From: Dicyema japonicum
Lineage: Eukaryota > Animalia > Dicyemida
DNA: 64,000 bases
Reading direction: 5' to 3'
Assembly: GCA_011109175.1 (NCBI GenBank)
Contig: RDEW01000015.1
Location: 576,310-640,309 of the forward strand
A program made the position numbers and the translations under genes. The notes under the pieces were generated by a model that was not told the DNA's origin, searched no databases, and worked only from the letters and a program-made list of their open reading frames with translations. Shown one piece after another: positions 39,078 through 52,849 of the stretch. Each line of letters begins with the position of its first letter. The first letter of the stretch is position 1.

Positions 39078-40109
39078 ATGGGAATATTTGCGGTAGTAAT
39101 CCTGTCTAATTTTAACTTAAGGCATTAACAGTGATTTTGAGTCTTACGACTTCCAACTTTCCTCCCCAACCTCACCAAATATCACCAGATTTTGGTAGAA
39201 TGGAACCAAATATGAATTCCGACTTGTCAAATTGTTTATTTACCAAATTATTTTAGTAATCGAGAATCTTAAGTCTGGGAATTTCGACAAAGTGGATGAC
39301 TTCTTTAAAAATTTTGATGGTCCCATTGAGAATATCCCAAAAGGTCAATACCATCATTCCATCAATTCCCGACGAATTCTCGGAAATCCCGAAAGGACAG
39401 AATCCACCATTCCCCGAATTAGGAAATCTCCGAAAGGACAGAATCCACCATTCCCCGAATTCGGAAATCTCCCGAAAGGACAGAATCCATCATTACCCGA
39501 ATTTGGAAATCTCCCGAAAGGACAGAATCCATCATTACCCGAATTTGGAAATCTCCCGAAAGGACTGAATCCATCATTCCCCGAATTTGGAAATCTCCCG
39601 AAAGATCAGAATCCACCAATCCCTGAATTCAGAAATTTTCCGAAAGGTCAGCTTCCCAGCGGTCCCTTTGTGGTCAATAAACATGCCTTCAAGAAACTGC
39701 CAAAGGCTGTTTATTCAACTCCCGCTACTGCAGAACGTGGGGACGAATCTTTGAAAAAGTCAATAGCCGATTCAACAACCTCAAAATATAAGCCAGTTTA
39801 TAGCAATAAATTCCTGCAATTTGTTAGTCCTGAAAATACAATGATAGGTTTATGAAAACAGGAAAATCGTATTTTTCTCTTCCTTGTCGATTCTTGTTGT
39901 ACTAGTAATAACCTCTGTACTCTGCCATTGCTATCCAAGAGCTAGGTACGAGATTCAAGTATTCGAGTTAATTCATTTTAGTTGGTTGAAGACGACGTTG
40001 ACCTTATAAAGGAAAAGGTTGCTAATCTTTCACATTTTTATTGTTTTTAATTTATTTTTAGGAGGAATCTCGACTTTCTCCTGTGGAAGAAAGGTCGCTT
40101 AATAACTAA
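39078..40109 (+). CDS. Orphan type-I membrane protein with a Pro-rich 14-aa tandem repeat (6 exons)
   Basis: Introns 39093-39121 (29), 39234-39256 (23), 39823-39847 (25), 39959-39981 (23) and 40018-40061 (44) give one open frame. It encodes signal MGIFAALTVILSLTTS, the repeats, TM IVFFSSLSILVVLVITSVLCHC and tail YPRARYEIQLVEDDVDLIKEKEESRLSPVEERSLNN*. Confidence 0.75.
39382..39650 (+). repeat. 42-bp coding tandem repeat, about 6.5 units (GNLPKGQNPSLPEF)
   Basis: Unit starts at 39382, 39422, 39463, 39505, 39547, 39589 and 39631. The first two units are 40 and 41 nt. Confidence 0.95.
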
Positions 40110-40149
40110 ACTAATCGTTAACCACTAATTTCTCTATTTTGGCTAAATT

Positions 40150-40490
40150 CATCCGATTCACCTTTATTCTGAAAAATTAAATATTTCATTAGACAACTAG
40201 GACTATTGGCGTCAGAATTGAGAGAGTTACTTGTTGGTGTTAGAAAATGTAATTTTATTCTGCTTTTCTTTCCAAGTTCTGGTGGACGTTAGTTAAGCTA
40301 GCTAAAAGCATTCCCATGTTTCGCATAAGCATATGAATACTTGGGGTTTCGGTTGTGTCGTACTCCTTAGTACCCATTCTACTAGTTTTTCCCATCCATT
40401 TTTCCTCCTCGCACAGATCTTCTATCTTTCCCTCCTGTTGGTGTTCGAAACTATCCCTTTAACGTTGAAAGTTGCAATTGAAGGCTGAGA
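40150..40490 (-). mobile_element. L1/Tx1-like APE N-terminal fragment
   Basis: LSIATFNVKGI resembles the APE start motif. The rest is degraded. Confidence 0.35.
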
Positions 40491-40869
40491 AGAGTAGACA
40501 AGAGTAGAGAAGAAAACTGTTTAATTTGTTAGAAAATGGTAGTCTGTGATGTTTTGATCGAGATTGGATAAAGAAAAAGCAATTAAGACAAAAATAATAA
40601 TAATAATTATAATAAATGCTATTGTAGTCTTAATTTGGGTTAATTGTCTTTAATCTGAAAATTTTATTGGAAAAAATACAAAAATAAATCATGTGTTTAT
40701 TTTGAAATAGCATTCGAAATAAAATATCGACGGAGAAAGTCAACTCTTAAATTTGTTCCTCAATAATATAAAGTGACTTCTCAAGAAAGTTCAGGTAATC
40801 AGGTAAACCAGGAAACAGCGATGTTCTAATTTGATATCCTCAGACCTCAAAAAAATGTTTCAAAGCCAT

Positions 40870-41270
40870 CTAATTAAGTGATCTCATCCTCTAGTAACCC
40901 TTGGACTCTCCTCTGAGTGAACTACCATCGCCTTCATAGAGTGTCTTCTATAATTTATGTGGAGGAACTCTATCGGGATGTGATATCCTCAGATAAAAGG
41001 ATATTTTATTCTAAGCGTATTCAATTTTAAGTCGCAAAAGCAGTGACAGGTTTTTCAACAGACAAGTCCATCCAAACCACATTTGTGGGAACCTTTCAAG
41101 GAGGAATTGGGAAGAGCAAATGATCCTTTTCGATGCCATCTTGGGAATGGGAATCTTCCAAGACAGGTGAATCGCCCAACGTCACGGTAATTGAACGAGA
41201 GAAAATAGAGACAGAGCACGTTTGATCAAAGGTCAGTATGGGATTCAAATCAGGGACCAATTTTCCTTTT
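40870..41270 (-). mobile_element. Family A-related LINE 3' fragment
   Basis: Terminal RVQGLLEDEIT* followed by ttag. Confidence 0.45.
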
Positions 41271-41924
41271 GACTATCGTTCAAGTTCGTTTAAATTCGTA
41301 GATTTGGTTTAAAAAATCAAAAAATCATTTTCTTAGTATTAGTCTCTTCTAACCCCTGTGGACATGACGTATAGGAGAATCATCAGATAACCCAAAAGTT
41401 ATCGATTCGAATTCCGACCGTGAAACTCTGATTATTTGTCTTAGAATCAGTCATAGTCAACGATTTTGGTCCCCTATTATCGAAATAAGTATTAATTGTA
41501 TGTCTCGGCTTCAAAATATACACTCTACTTGGATACATCTGGGGACAATGTGACAATATTAATCCAAATCTTTGGATAATAATATAATATCAATTTCTTT
41601 TCTATCGTAGGTTTGCTTTAGTGTACAATTTTCCCTCCATAAATTAGTAATCGTAGAGGATTTCAAATTATAATCTTTTCAACTCGAAACAAAGGAACAT
41701 AGTTTACTTATCCTTAGGGAGTACAAGGGTCTATACACATTCTTGAATTGAGTTTATTATTAAGAACATTCGAGAATTGATAATTACTTTCTTATCCCTC
41801 GGACTGACTGTCCAAAGTACCTCTAGTTTGCAAGAGGGAATGCGTTCAATCACGAGAACTACTTACTAGTTTATACCACTTTGGTAGCCTAATTCTTATC
41901 AGTCGCATAATAATCTAGATTTCA

Positions 41925-42040
41925 GGAGAAGTTTTGGATGATCTGAGGGCGATTGCGAGAAACAGGGAGGATGGAAACGACATACAGCGCGTATCCAGAG
42001 ATGCATGGCAAAAGTGGAATCTCAAATAAATTAACTATTC
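41925..42040 (+). mobile_element. RTE-like 3' end
   Basis: DLRAIARNR..WKRHTARIQRCMAK. Aligns with the reverse complement of 45720-45790. Confidence 0.55.
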
Positions 42041-42155
42041 TGGTTCCGCGGACATTGCTATTAATAATAATCTAGCTTCAATAGAAAATAGACTAAACCA
42101 AAAAATTTCTTATATTTACACCAACAAAAATCAACACATTCAGCAAAAATATAAG

Positions 42156-42637
42156 TTAGGGCCAAAAAGGACGTGTTTTAGTCCAGGCGCAACCTAAATT
42201 AGTTCTGTGGTGGTAATTTGCATAAATATCGTCCGGATAATGACGTTTACGTTTAAATTCAGAACTTACCATTTTGTCCAATGTTTTGCACATCTTTTTA
42301 GTACAAAATATGTGTTGTCTTAGTCTCAAACGCTCCTTATATGGTTTCAAGTAGTTCTTAGCGGTTCCAAAAGTCCGAATCCACAGTCCACTGTCCAGTC
42401 GATAAAATTTGTCGACGACATCCTTGCAGGATATGGTCTTTCCGTCCTCAATTCCGTATCTTATCACTGTTTGATTTTTAAGCGTTGGAGCTGGAGGAAT
42501 CACCGAAAGTCTCTGACCATACATTTTAAAGTAGTAACTATTTAGCTTTACTTTAAGTAATACTCTTTTTCACTGACTCTTGTGGAAGCATTCCTGAATA
42601 TTAAAGCTGCCCGGTGAAGCATACCAGTAAACAACAT
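42156..42637 (-). CDS. MRPL35: Mitochondrial ribosomal protein L35 (bL35m), 151 aa, 2 exons
   Basis: VVDKFYRLDSGLWIR..LRQHIFC..LDKMVSSEFKRKRHYPDDIYANYHHRTNL matches human [51 protein letters not shown]. A 26-nt intron (42563-42538) adds an Arg/Ser-containing presequence MLFTGMLHRAALIFRNASTRVS. Confidence 0.9.
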
Positions 42638-42769
42638 TCCTAATTATTTAAATTTAAATAAATTTTACAGTTAATTTCTCATTAATTAGTAATTATTTTA
42701 AAATTAAATAAAATTTATTTTTTCGACACACAGAAATGACCGTACATTGTTAGAAAGTCATCGTATTGG

Positions 42770-43035
42770 CTGCCTGTGTCACGTGGTTCCATACTTTTTG
42801 ATCATAAATTGGGATGTATGCCCGCGTGGCACCATGTAGGTGGTATGTGGCTAGTTGGTCAAAAATTATTTTCCTCCCCTCCGATGGCGTCATTGGATCA
42901 CCTTACTGAGAGACGCCCAATGCCTGGCCGGCATCAAGAGGATCCACTATTCTTTCCACGGGACAATGTCGTTAACTGGAGAAGTTCTGGGACGCTGGAA
43001 CGAGTCAGGATCAAGGAGTTAGTTAGTTTGGTTAC
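42770..43035 (+). mobile_element. Probable LINE 3' fragment between the divergent MRPL35 and RING genes
   Basis: GC-richer island ending ERVRIKE with the same ttagttagtt tail as other LINE ends. Confidence 0.35.
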
Positions 43036-43178
43036 CCTTGGTCTTTGGAATTATTTTAATTTAATGAATCTATTTTTAGAAAGTTATACAAAAAAATTAT
43101 ATTTAACTTTAACAAAAATTTAAATTTTATTATTAAATAATAATAAAATTCGAATTTTTATAATCTGACAAAATTAGG

Positions 43179-43651
43179 ATGCCAGATAATTTAGTGGACG
43201 ACATTGATTATACTTTGCATTCTGTTTACAGCAATGACAATTTGGAGATAGATTATGATCAATTCCTATTCTCACTCCACGAAGTAAGCGACTACGAAGA
43301 CGAGAATCTTATCGTTTTGGCAGTGGACTCAGATTTTGACTCCGAAATAAACAATTTTTCTGAAACGGAATATATTGGAGCCTTTTTCTTCAACTCAAAC
43401 GATCCTAGAGCAAAATCAGATAATAATCTCATAGAAAGGAGTTACATTGAACTTATTGAGGAGGAATCTGATAAGAATATTAGTGACACGTGCTCTATTT
43501 GCCTTAATGAATATGAAAATCACTCAAGGGTCGTCAAATTGGGTTGCAATCACGTCTTTCATTATTTTTGCATGAATAAGTGGCTGATGGTTTTTTAATA
43601 TTTTATTTTTAGGTCAAAAAATGCTGTCCTTATTGCAGGAGTCATTTTTAG
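43179..43651 (+). CDS. Small RING-H2 E3 ubiquitin ligase with an acidic N-terminus (2 exons)
   Basis: CSIC..LGCNHVFHYFCMNKWLM; a 23-nt intron (43590-43612) supplies VKKCCPYCRSHF*, completing C3H2C3. Confidence 0.9.
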
Positions 43652-44634
43652 ATTATCTTATATTTTTTCTTATAAAATAATTTTTGTTGAAATTTATTTG
43701 GTGGTTTTAGTTTTGATGATAAAGTAAATTCACAGATTTCTCTCCATCACTCTCCTCTTAGGATTCCATGAGGAACCAAGGCCTCGGTTAGCTCGTTTTC
43801 TGGAAATTAATTGGGCGATGCGGGTGCTAAGGCAGGGGAATGGTGATTGATCTTAAAGAGGGTCACCTCATCGAGTTTTAAGGAGGCTTTACCGTTCAAC
43901 AGTTGAGACGCTATAAGATCACGCAGGGAGAGTTCTGGGATTACGGGAAGCCATCGCTTAATTAGTAGTTTCAACATATTTCTTGGTGGTCTAGAGGATT
44001 TCTAATAATAACTTCTGAATCGGGTAAGTAAGACATTCGTCCATGCACACGAGAAGTAGGTATGAGATCACATCAAATTAAGAGGTCACTAAAATGTCTG
44101 TAGTAATGAAAATAACGTCTAACCGCCTTTGTAGAGTTGGCGACTCCGTTTGGTGAAGACTTCATCCCTAAAAAAAGTTTCAAATGGGAGTTTCCGATAG
44201 TGAGGACAAGTAGCAAGCTAGCTGTCTTTTTAAGAGAATTTCTCGGGGAGTAAGATTCGACTACTATTAGCTATTTATCTAGTACCATTCTCTTCAAAGG
44301 AACGTGTTTATCATGAAGCTGTTTATTGGTAGGTTATTCTCATGGCATTTTGAATATTTTGGGGTGCGACTGAGCGCGCACTTAGGAATGAAAATTTTTG
44401 ATAAAATTTACCGCCTAAATTTAATAATCTGATTTCCCATTAATTTGGCAAAATGAGCTAAAATGACAATTATTCGTGAAATCATGATTTTTGAGTTACA
44501 TAAATTGAACTATTTGAGCGAATTTCGCTCGCCATCCTAAAAATTAAGAGCCACACAGTCAGGGCAGCCGCTATACTACAATTTGTTCTCGTTCTTGCTT
44601 TTTTTTTTTAAATTTTTTTTTTTAACAATTAAAC

Positions 44635-44835
44635 AAATATCAGTTGAGGAAGCCTGCTGCGTGGATTGCGAACGAGTTCCCTCGGAGTATGGCTATTCCA
44701 ATCTTTTGTCTTAGCCATAGCCCTTCTCGTTGATCCCTTTTCTTTCTGGCAAGCAATCCTCCGAGTTCTTGCAAGAATTCAGCCGTCATTGGACCAACGG
44801 CTCCCGATGATTCGGTAGCAACAGGAGTAAATCGG
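44635..44835 (-). mobile_element. CRE-like RLE 3' fragment
   Basis: YRFTPVATESSG..EFLQELG..WLRQKIGIAILRGNS, then a poly-A-like tail. Confidence 0.75.
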
Positions 44836-45699
44836 TAGCGACTAATTAAAATAAAAATTAAAAGAAAATTATTAACAAATAAATAAAGAAATTATTATTT
44901 TTGAAATTGTTGATTATATTTGAACATTCCACAAACCGCAAATTAAACAATTTCATTAACCGCAAAATTATAAATTTGCCTAAAAACTAAACAAAGGTTT
45001 GATGCCTTTCTGCCACTGTTAGACACATGAAGATCATGCAAGGAGAGTGCGAGGCTATTCCTATCATGATAGTTATTAGCACGTGTAACATTAAACACAG
45101 AGTTAATAGGTAAAAGAGGCTTAAGTAAGTCAGCTAACACATCTCACATAACGCTGTCCTTGAATGCCCAGTACTTATCAATTAATACAAAGCCCCGCCT
45201 TCAACCAATGCCGCCCGTCACGCGGCAAACAGTGACTTCGGGTCAGATAGACTAGAAATCTAGACAGTCGGTGCTTTTGTCAACCCTAATTTAATTTATT
45301 TAAGAAACCCCAAGATCACCAAAAAAAGTTTCAAAGGAAACCACGTAAGTAATGCAAGCTTCTAGTAACTCCGGACTCTTTTCGAGTAATCTGTCATCGA
45401 CCCCACCGCCTTCTTAAATGTCATTTCCAATTTCTTGAGAGAAACTCGATCGGGTGTCCTTTTCATGACTGACAGAAATTCCTCCATATGGATAACCACT
45501 TCCCCAAATGATTCATTTAACAAATGAATATTTTGACCTCAAAAAATCCAAAAAGATAGTTTCGCTATTATTATAACCCCAGGAACACAGGAAAGAGTTG
45601 TGTCTGAATTAAGTGATCCCGGTGTCAGTGCATCTCCTCTGTTCCGGCTTTGTCTGGAATTATTATTATTAGCAATATCCGCGGAAGCAAAAAGTTAAT

Positions 45700-46810
45700 T
45701 AATTTGATATTACACATTTTGCCATGCATCTCAGGATACACGCTGTAAGTCGTTTCCTCCCCTGTTCCTCGAGATCTCTCCCGATTTCAGCTTCCTTCCT
45801 ATGCATATGAGTTCTTTGTCGACCTCGATGTGTTGTTTTGTTTAAGTCACTTTATTCCCAATCTGTGATGTTTGAGTGATTCTGTAGAGCTCGTCGTTGG
45901 TCATCCGTTTTGGCTAGTAGATGCCCAGGAGAAGTCATAGTTGTTTTCTATGGAGTTGAGCTTCTCCAGTTCTTTGATGGTTAGGCTCCAGGTCCCAGCG
46001 TTATAAAGTAGAATTGGTCCAACAAAGGAGTCGTACAACCAAATTCGAAGGCGAGTGCCTATGTACTTTTGCAGCACAGTGATTTGAAAGAAGCAACCGC
46101 CAGAACTTTCCTGTGAATAACGTCCTCCGAGTCCCCGAGGAGAGATCCAACTTTTTTGCATGTTCTTCACTTTTCTTCGTTTCTAGTCGTGCAACGGGAT
46201 ATGATAGTTCTTTTCGTATTGAGTTGTAATTTCCCACGCGCACTGATGCATCCTCGTCTAGAATATTTTCCAGTACGTGCATTAGCTTTTTGCGATTGAT
46301 AGTGTCGAAAGCACGGGGTAGGTCAATTCCAAGGATTGAGATTTCTTCTTTGTGCTTTTGTCACATTGCATACAGGCATCTGTGGCTCCATGCAACTTCT
46401 GCCGTCGACATTCCAGGTCTGAATCCAATTTGACTTGGGTTCAGGAACTCATTTACAGGGCCTGAAATATGATCCAGCACAACAAGGGAGAGTATTTTCC
46501 TTATCGTATTCATTAGTGTATTCGGGCGTAGACTGTTTAGATTTATTCTTTCCTTTCCAGGTTTTTGAATTGGGATCAAAGTGTCATTCCCCGCATCTAA
46601 TGGATTGTGACATTCGAACGTTCTGTTCAGGACTGTGCAGATTAACTCAGTCACCTGGCACGTATTTCAATAATTCTGCATCTCATGTTGTCCGGTCCAG
46701 AGGTTCTGCCATTCTTTAGGTTACGCAAGGCTGAAACGACTTTGTAATGCGTGATGTTTTGATTCAGGTCTTTGAGAATTCCATCGAACGGTTCCAAGTG
46801 TTTGTCTGGA
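45700..46810 (-). mobile_element. RTE-like element, 5'-truncated and internally deleted
   Basis: IPIQKPGK..SLRP, QIGFRPGMSTAE, LGIDL.RAFDTINR, PILLYNAGTW and GRPRTT-type C-terminus. Confidence 0.85.
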
Positions 46811-47519
46811 ATCTTTTAATTAAAAGTTTCGCTATAAAATTTAAAACAAAATCTATTCAACAGAATTAAAAACAATTTGAAATATTTAATATTTAAAAAA
46901 ATAAAAATTTTAATTTGACAATAATTAGTTCAAATTAATGTACCAGGTGGGTTTCTGATAATTATAAATTTAGATTTCTGATTGCTACTGCGTCAAAGTA
47001 AAAATATACTACAGCTACGTCGAAAAATGCTCAAACGAGGTTTTATTGAGTGCGTGACATGTAGTCTTGCAATTTTATTTTTGGCAAAAAAACCGGGGAG
47101 GAGTCGAATGACTACAAAGTTTTAGCATTTTCCGGCGTTGTTGTTGGAATTGGAAAAAACGTGGATTTTTTAAATTTAAATAATTTTATTGTAGGTTTGA
47201 AAATTAATTTATATTTAGGAATTGTTCCATTTGAATCTTCCTTAAATTTTGAAAATATTATTACAATCCCCGAATACTTTGCCAGTTAGAATACCTCTAA
47301 TTGACAGTTCGTGTGAATTCGTGCGATAATTTTCGTTATTTGACTTCTTTTTTGTTCAACTTTTTCAAAGCCTACACTGCTTTGTTCTGCTTGGCACGTG
47401 TAGGTGTTAATGATTCAGTTTTGCTGGTAAATGGGGCCAATCTGTTCGGTTTTTGCGTTTACGAGACTTTGAGAGCAGCGAATGCCCGGAAAAACAAGAA
47501 TGAAGAATATAAGGAAAAG

Positions 47520-48320
47520 GTTCTTGGGTCTTTATGCGGTTAGGTTTTGGTTTTTGTGGAAAATGATGAAGGGATTATTGATTTTAAGACCAAATTTCAA
47601 AATTCAAGTAATTTTATTTAAATATTTTAAGCGGTCTATTCCGTCCAAAAAACTGACTTTTTTAAATTAGTGCGGGAAAAAACGACCGATTTATGTTTCG
47701 ATGTGATCATTGAATGCAGTTGTTTTAATTTCCGTTAAAATAGAGAATACTGAAAGTTCTGAGAAATATTATGAAACCTTGTTTTCGAAAATTAAATCAC
47801 TCTCATTCCTTGGCAGGTTGGTATCTCTGAAAGAGGACTTACAGATATCGCAACCATATTCTTTATTAATGAGCTCAAAGATGGCCTCTATAAGTTACTT
47901 AAATATCAATTCGTGGCTATTAAATTGCTCGAAGATTGGTCGTTATCAACGTATGTGCTTATTCATAGATTTAGATATTTTGAGGGATATTACAGCAAAA
48001 TTGTCTGATGGAATATTAGCGTTTGGTGTGATTTGATGTTTTAGTTTGAAATATGAGATAGAGTCGCTGACGATGAGTGAATTAAACTGAGGATATCTCA
48101 GAACACGTTGCCTGACTATTTTATCATTTCGTTTATTGATATGATTTAATACGCTTGACTTTTAACACATTTTTGTTTGTTTACAGGAGTTAACCCTTTT
48201 ATTTATTTGATCAAGAAATAAGAGGTTAACGCAGCATCAGTTAGCCCCATGTGACAGTTGGCGTTCCCTTTTGAATGAAATGCCAACTTCACTTTATGGT
48301 GGATGAAACCTCATGACTAG
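47520..48320. repeat. Non-coding arm of the inverted segmental duplication
   Basis: 48069-48318 is the reverse complement of 37739-38005, and 47520-47620 of 38005-38105. About 450 nt extra lies between them in this arm. Confidence 0.85.
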
Positions 48321-48399
48321 ACTTTTTAAATGCTATAAAAAAATTTTAACAATATTTTTAATCTGAATAATTTCCTCTTGCTTTTTTGTCGGAGCAAAG

Positions 48400-48965
48400 G
48401 AAAGTCAAGAAGATTCCACTTTGTTCCCGAGACCCGTCCGGATCCCCGCAGCTACATGCCTGGCTTTCGTAATTGACGACGCACTCACGTCCAACAACCA
48501 AGAGGTTTGGTTCTAACTGCTCGGTTTCGCCCCGCTCGCACTTGGCATATCATTCATCAAGTCAAAGGAACAACACCGGAACACTAGAGAAAATGCAACA
48601 CATGGGAACTCCCTTTCCTCAAAAATAAAGAACATCCAGATTTTCTATGTACATTCTCTCACCAAAACGGAAGTCCTGAAACCAAAACACCCGGATGCCA
48701 ATCTCCTTTTTGAATGGCCCGGACAAAGTCGGAGAGAGTAAATCATAAACTATTTGAAGGCGTCGTCCGAACGGCGTTGCCAGCGACGATACTGTTCGGG
48801 CCGCAAAGCCTGAAGTGCTTGAACAGCTCAGACGAAAACATCCATGTCCCCCGGTAGATTACGCCCATTAGTGCTCCGGGAAATGTGCCAAGACGATCGT
48901 CACGAAAGCGAAATGCGGCGCGGAGGAAGAATGATCGGAGAGAAAGGAGCTGGCTCATTGAGGCA
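48400..48965 (+). mobile_element. CRE-like element: N-terminal region fused to extreme 3' end
   Basis: PVRIPAATCL..LLGFA, KLFEGVVR..SDDTV..EQLRRKHP, then directly RRKNDRRERSWLIE. Confidence 0.6.
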
Positions 48966-49749
48966 TATGAGGATCTAGTATCGGAAGAAGGCTTGCTTGG
49001 AAGAGATGCAAGCCTCTCGAAGGACTCTGGTTAAGGCAGAGGTTCGAAATGGTGATGATCAGTGGGAATTCCTTCATATTTCTGCTTTCTTAACTAAAAG
49101 ACTTGTTCCTTTTTTCAAAAATTAAAATCTTTAATTTCTATATTTTTTAAATTCCATATTTTGTGGTTTATAAATGCTATAATGCTATTTTTATTGAAAT
49201 ATCAATTCCGTTGTCTGTTATTTTCGTTTTCTATAGGCAACATCTCCTTAAGAATACACTCGACCCTCTCAAATTGGCTATTTTTGGCTCCATAGAATTT
49301 TCTGGCCAATTTTAGAAAATAAAATCAATAATTTTGAAGAACAATGAACAAAGAATTTAAAAAAATGGATTAAATAAACAAGAAACGTATTTAAGTTTCA
49401 TTAAAATAAAATTTAATTTCTAACTGTTTTTTCTTGGTTTCAATAATACTTTATTTTTTTCCTTATTGTGAATGGAAAAATTTAATTTCTTATCTTCAGA
49501 TTATTTGAGAGTTCCCTTCTATTGCAGTTAATCTGCCCACAATATCTTCTTTCTACAAGTCTTATTTTTACAGATTCTTGTTCACATTTTTTAATCTTCT
49601 TAAAAATTTTCATTTTCAATGAATGTTTCATTCTTCGTGTATTCAATATTTTAAAAATCCTGCACTCTGAAAGGATCGAAAATGTATGTCCTTTGATTGC
49701 TGTATCACTAATATCAATTTCAAGAATTTAGTTATTGGAGTTATTTAAA

Positions 49750-50060
49750 ACTCTAGAGAAATTCCTGATCGTCTCTTCGAATACGTCTCCCCAAGCCATT
49801 TAAAAAAAAACCGCACCCTTTAAATTCAATTTCCTGTAGAATTGTAAACCACAATATTTTGAGTTTCAATAATTCCGTCAAGTAGATTAACTTCCGTCTG
49901 GTAAAATTACTCTTGAAAGATTTTATGAAGCCAACATCCATAGGTTGAAGCAACTCAGTATTTTTAGAAGGCACGAAATAGCATCATTTTCTTCTTTATA
50001 ATTAACAATTTGAGTTTTTCATTAAAAGTAAGCCGAATATAGCATCCAAGAGAAGGATTT
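49750..50060 (-). mobile_element. pogo/Tigger-type DDE_1 transposase fragment
   Basis: ILLLDA and PSKNTELLQPMDVGFIKSFK match LPPNTTxxLQPxDxGxIxxFK. Confidence 0.55.
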
Positions 50061-50506
50061 AAAGACAGCTGTTAATTAAATGTTTTATTTTTTTCCAATT
50101 TGTATTAAAAAATTGTGGCAATTTAAAAAAATTTTTTTTTTAATATCTTTAAAAGAACACTTTTAAATGTAAAAATTAAATTGGTTGGTTCCGAGAACGT
50201 ATCTCGTTGGCTATTGTTAGGGGAAATAGCATGGCCATTCAGATGCCTTATTTAAAAATTGGCCAATTAATAAAAAGAATAAGATTTTTTCTTAGAAATC
50301 ATCTTAAAATGTTGCAAATCTGCGAGGGTCAAGTGTATAGCCTTTAAATTTAAATAGATTACCTGAGCCTTTGTCATATTTAAATTATTTTTAGACAAAT
50401 CTTATTGGGAATATAAAATTATGAAAATTGCGACCGCAATAATCGACCACTGATAACAACTTTCATATAAAATTACTATAAATTTATGTAAAATCTAACA
50501 AAATTG

Positions 50507-51662
<1,156 letters not shown>

Positions 51663-51734
51663 TAATATTTCTCGTCTCTAACCTTTATTATTCGGTTAAT
51701 AAAATTAATGTTTCAAAATTTTCATGCGAGAATG

Positions 51735-52800
51735 GAAATTCTGCTACAACGTGTAGCCAAATGATCCACTGATTTCTTAGCCTTCTTGCAATGACTACAA
51801 ACTAAATTATTGGTATCAAAAACAAATTCCTGCCCTGAAGCAAACAATACATGCCCTCTGATCTCGGGCTATTATTTCCACTGGTTAACCACTCCGAAGA
51901 TTTCTCATAATCTTTATATTAACTTGAGTTAGATCCATCTTGTACTTGAAAGATAGGAATATAGTGATCGTGGTCATATGCGTTTTCTTTGTTTTCAAGA
52001 CTCGCAAGATTCCATCCTTTCTTAGCGAAATATCCGATTTTCTTTCCATATCAGTCAGAAACTGATACAGCATGCACTCACTCTTATCGAAGTAACCCCC
52101 TCCTCAATTTAGTTCGACTAAGTTTATAATCCTCTATCTTACATTTTCAGTAGTGGTCAAGACTTCATGACATTACTTCATTTGTCCTCTAAAACACTGA
52201 GGTACCGATTTTTTCGTGTCCAATCATGGATCACTTCATTCATGGATTCAATTGGTTGCCGACTTTTAGTAACTTCTCTTGAGACCAACAACATCGAAAT
52301 AATCATCAATCTCTTCCATCATTCTAACCATCGTATTTTCTTTCTCCACAAGTTCTTCAGATCATCGATAAATAATAAATTGTTTGTTGAATACGTTACC
52401 ACTGATGGGTCACTTTACAAATAGATAATTTTGGAAACTTGTTCAGGATTTTCCTAAACGGATCCATTACTAAATCAAAAAGTTGGAAAGACAGTCTCCT
52501 TGCAGTATTTCACGTTTCAATTCTGCTGTCCCATCCTCTCCATTTTTAAGTTTAAGAATACTCTCTATTTAGAAGTTAGACTCTTCACGAAAGTTCTTGT
52601 CCAATTTGGAAGCCCCGAACACTCCAATACATGACACAGAAAATCATGGCCGACTGAATCATATGTTTTCTTAACGTCTATCCAAGTTGCAAATAAAATT
52701 TTCCCATATTCATCGTTTATACATTGATTGATCGAGCCTTGCTTTTTGGCGCCTTGGCACCTCCTCTTCGCTCCCATCTGATTGTCAGAGACGAGATCGA
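51735..52800 (-). mobile_element. RLE-type non-LTR relic (RT through CCHC), same family type as 26580-27065
   Basis: RRCQGAK..INQCIN..WIDVKKTYDSVGH, REILQGDCLS and CSHCKKAKKSVDHLATRC. Strongly deleted. Confidence 0.75.
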
Positions 52801-52849
52801 ATGCTTCCGTATTTTTAATTAAGACATTTTAATTGTAATCATTATTAGG

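Noticed and set aside
39382-39650. Regular ~42-bp repeat as a CRISPR-like array
   Set aside because: Units are contiguous with no unique spacers, are a multiple of 3, and lie in a spliced eukaryotic exon.
41330-41900. Possible multi-exon gene on the minus strand
   Set aside because: Some intron-like segments are present, but I could not build a consistent open frame or recognise a domain.
49020-49055. tRNA-like TGGTTAAGG and GGTTCGA boxes
   Set aside because: Spacing leaves no anticodon arm and there is no acceptor stem.
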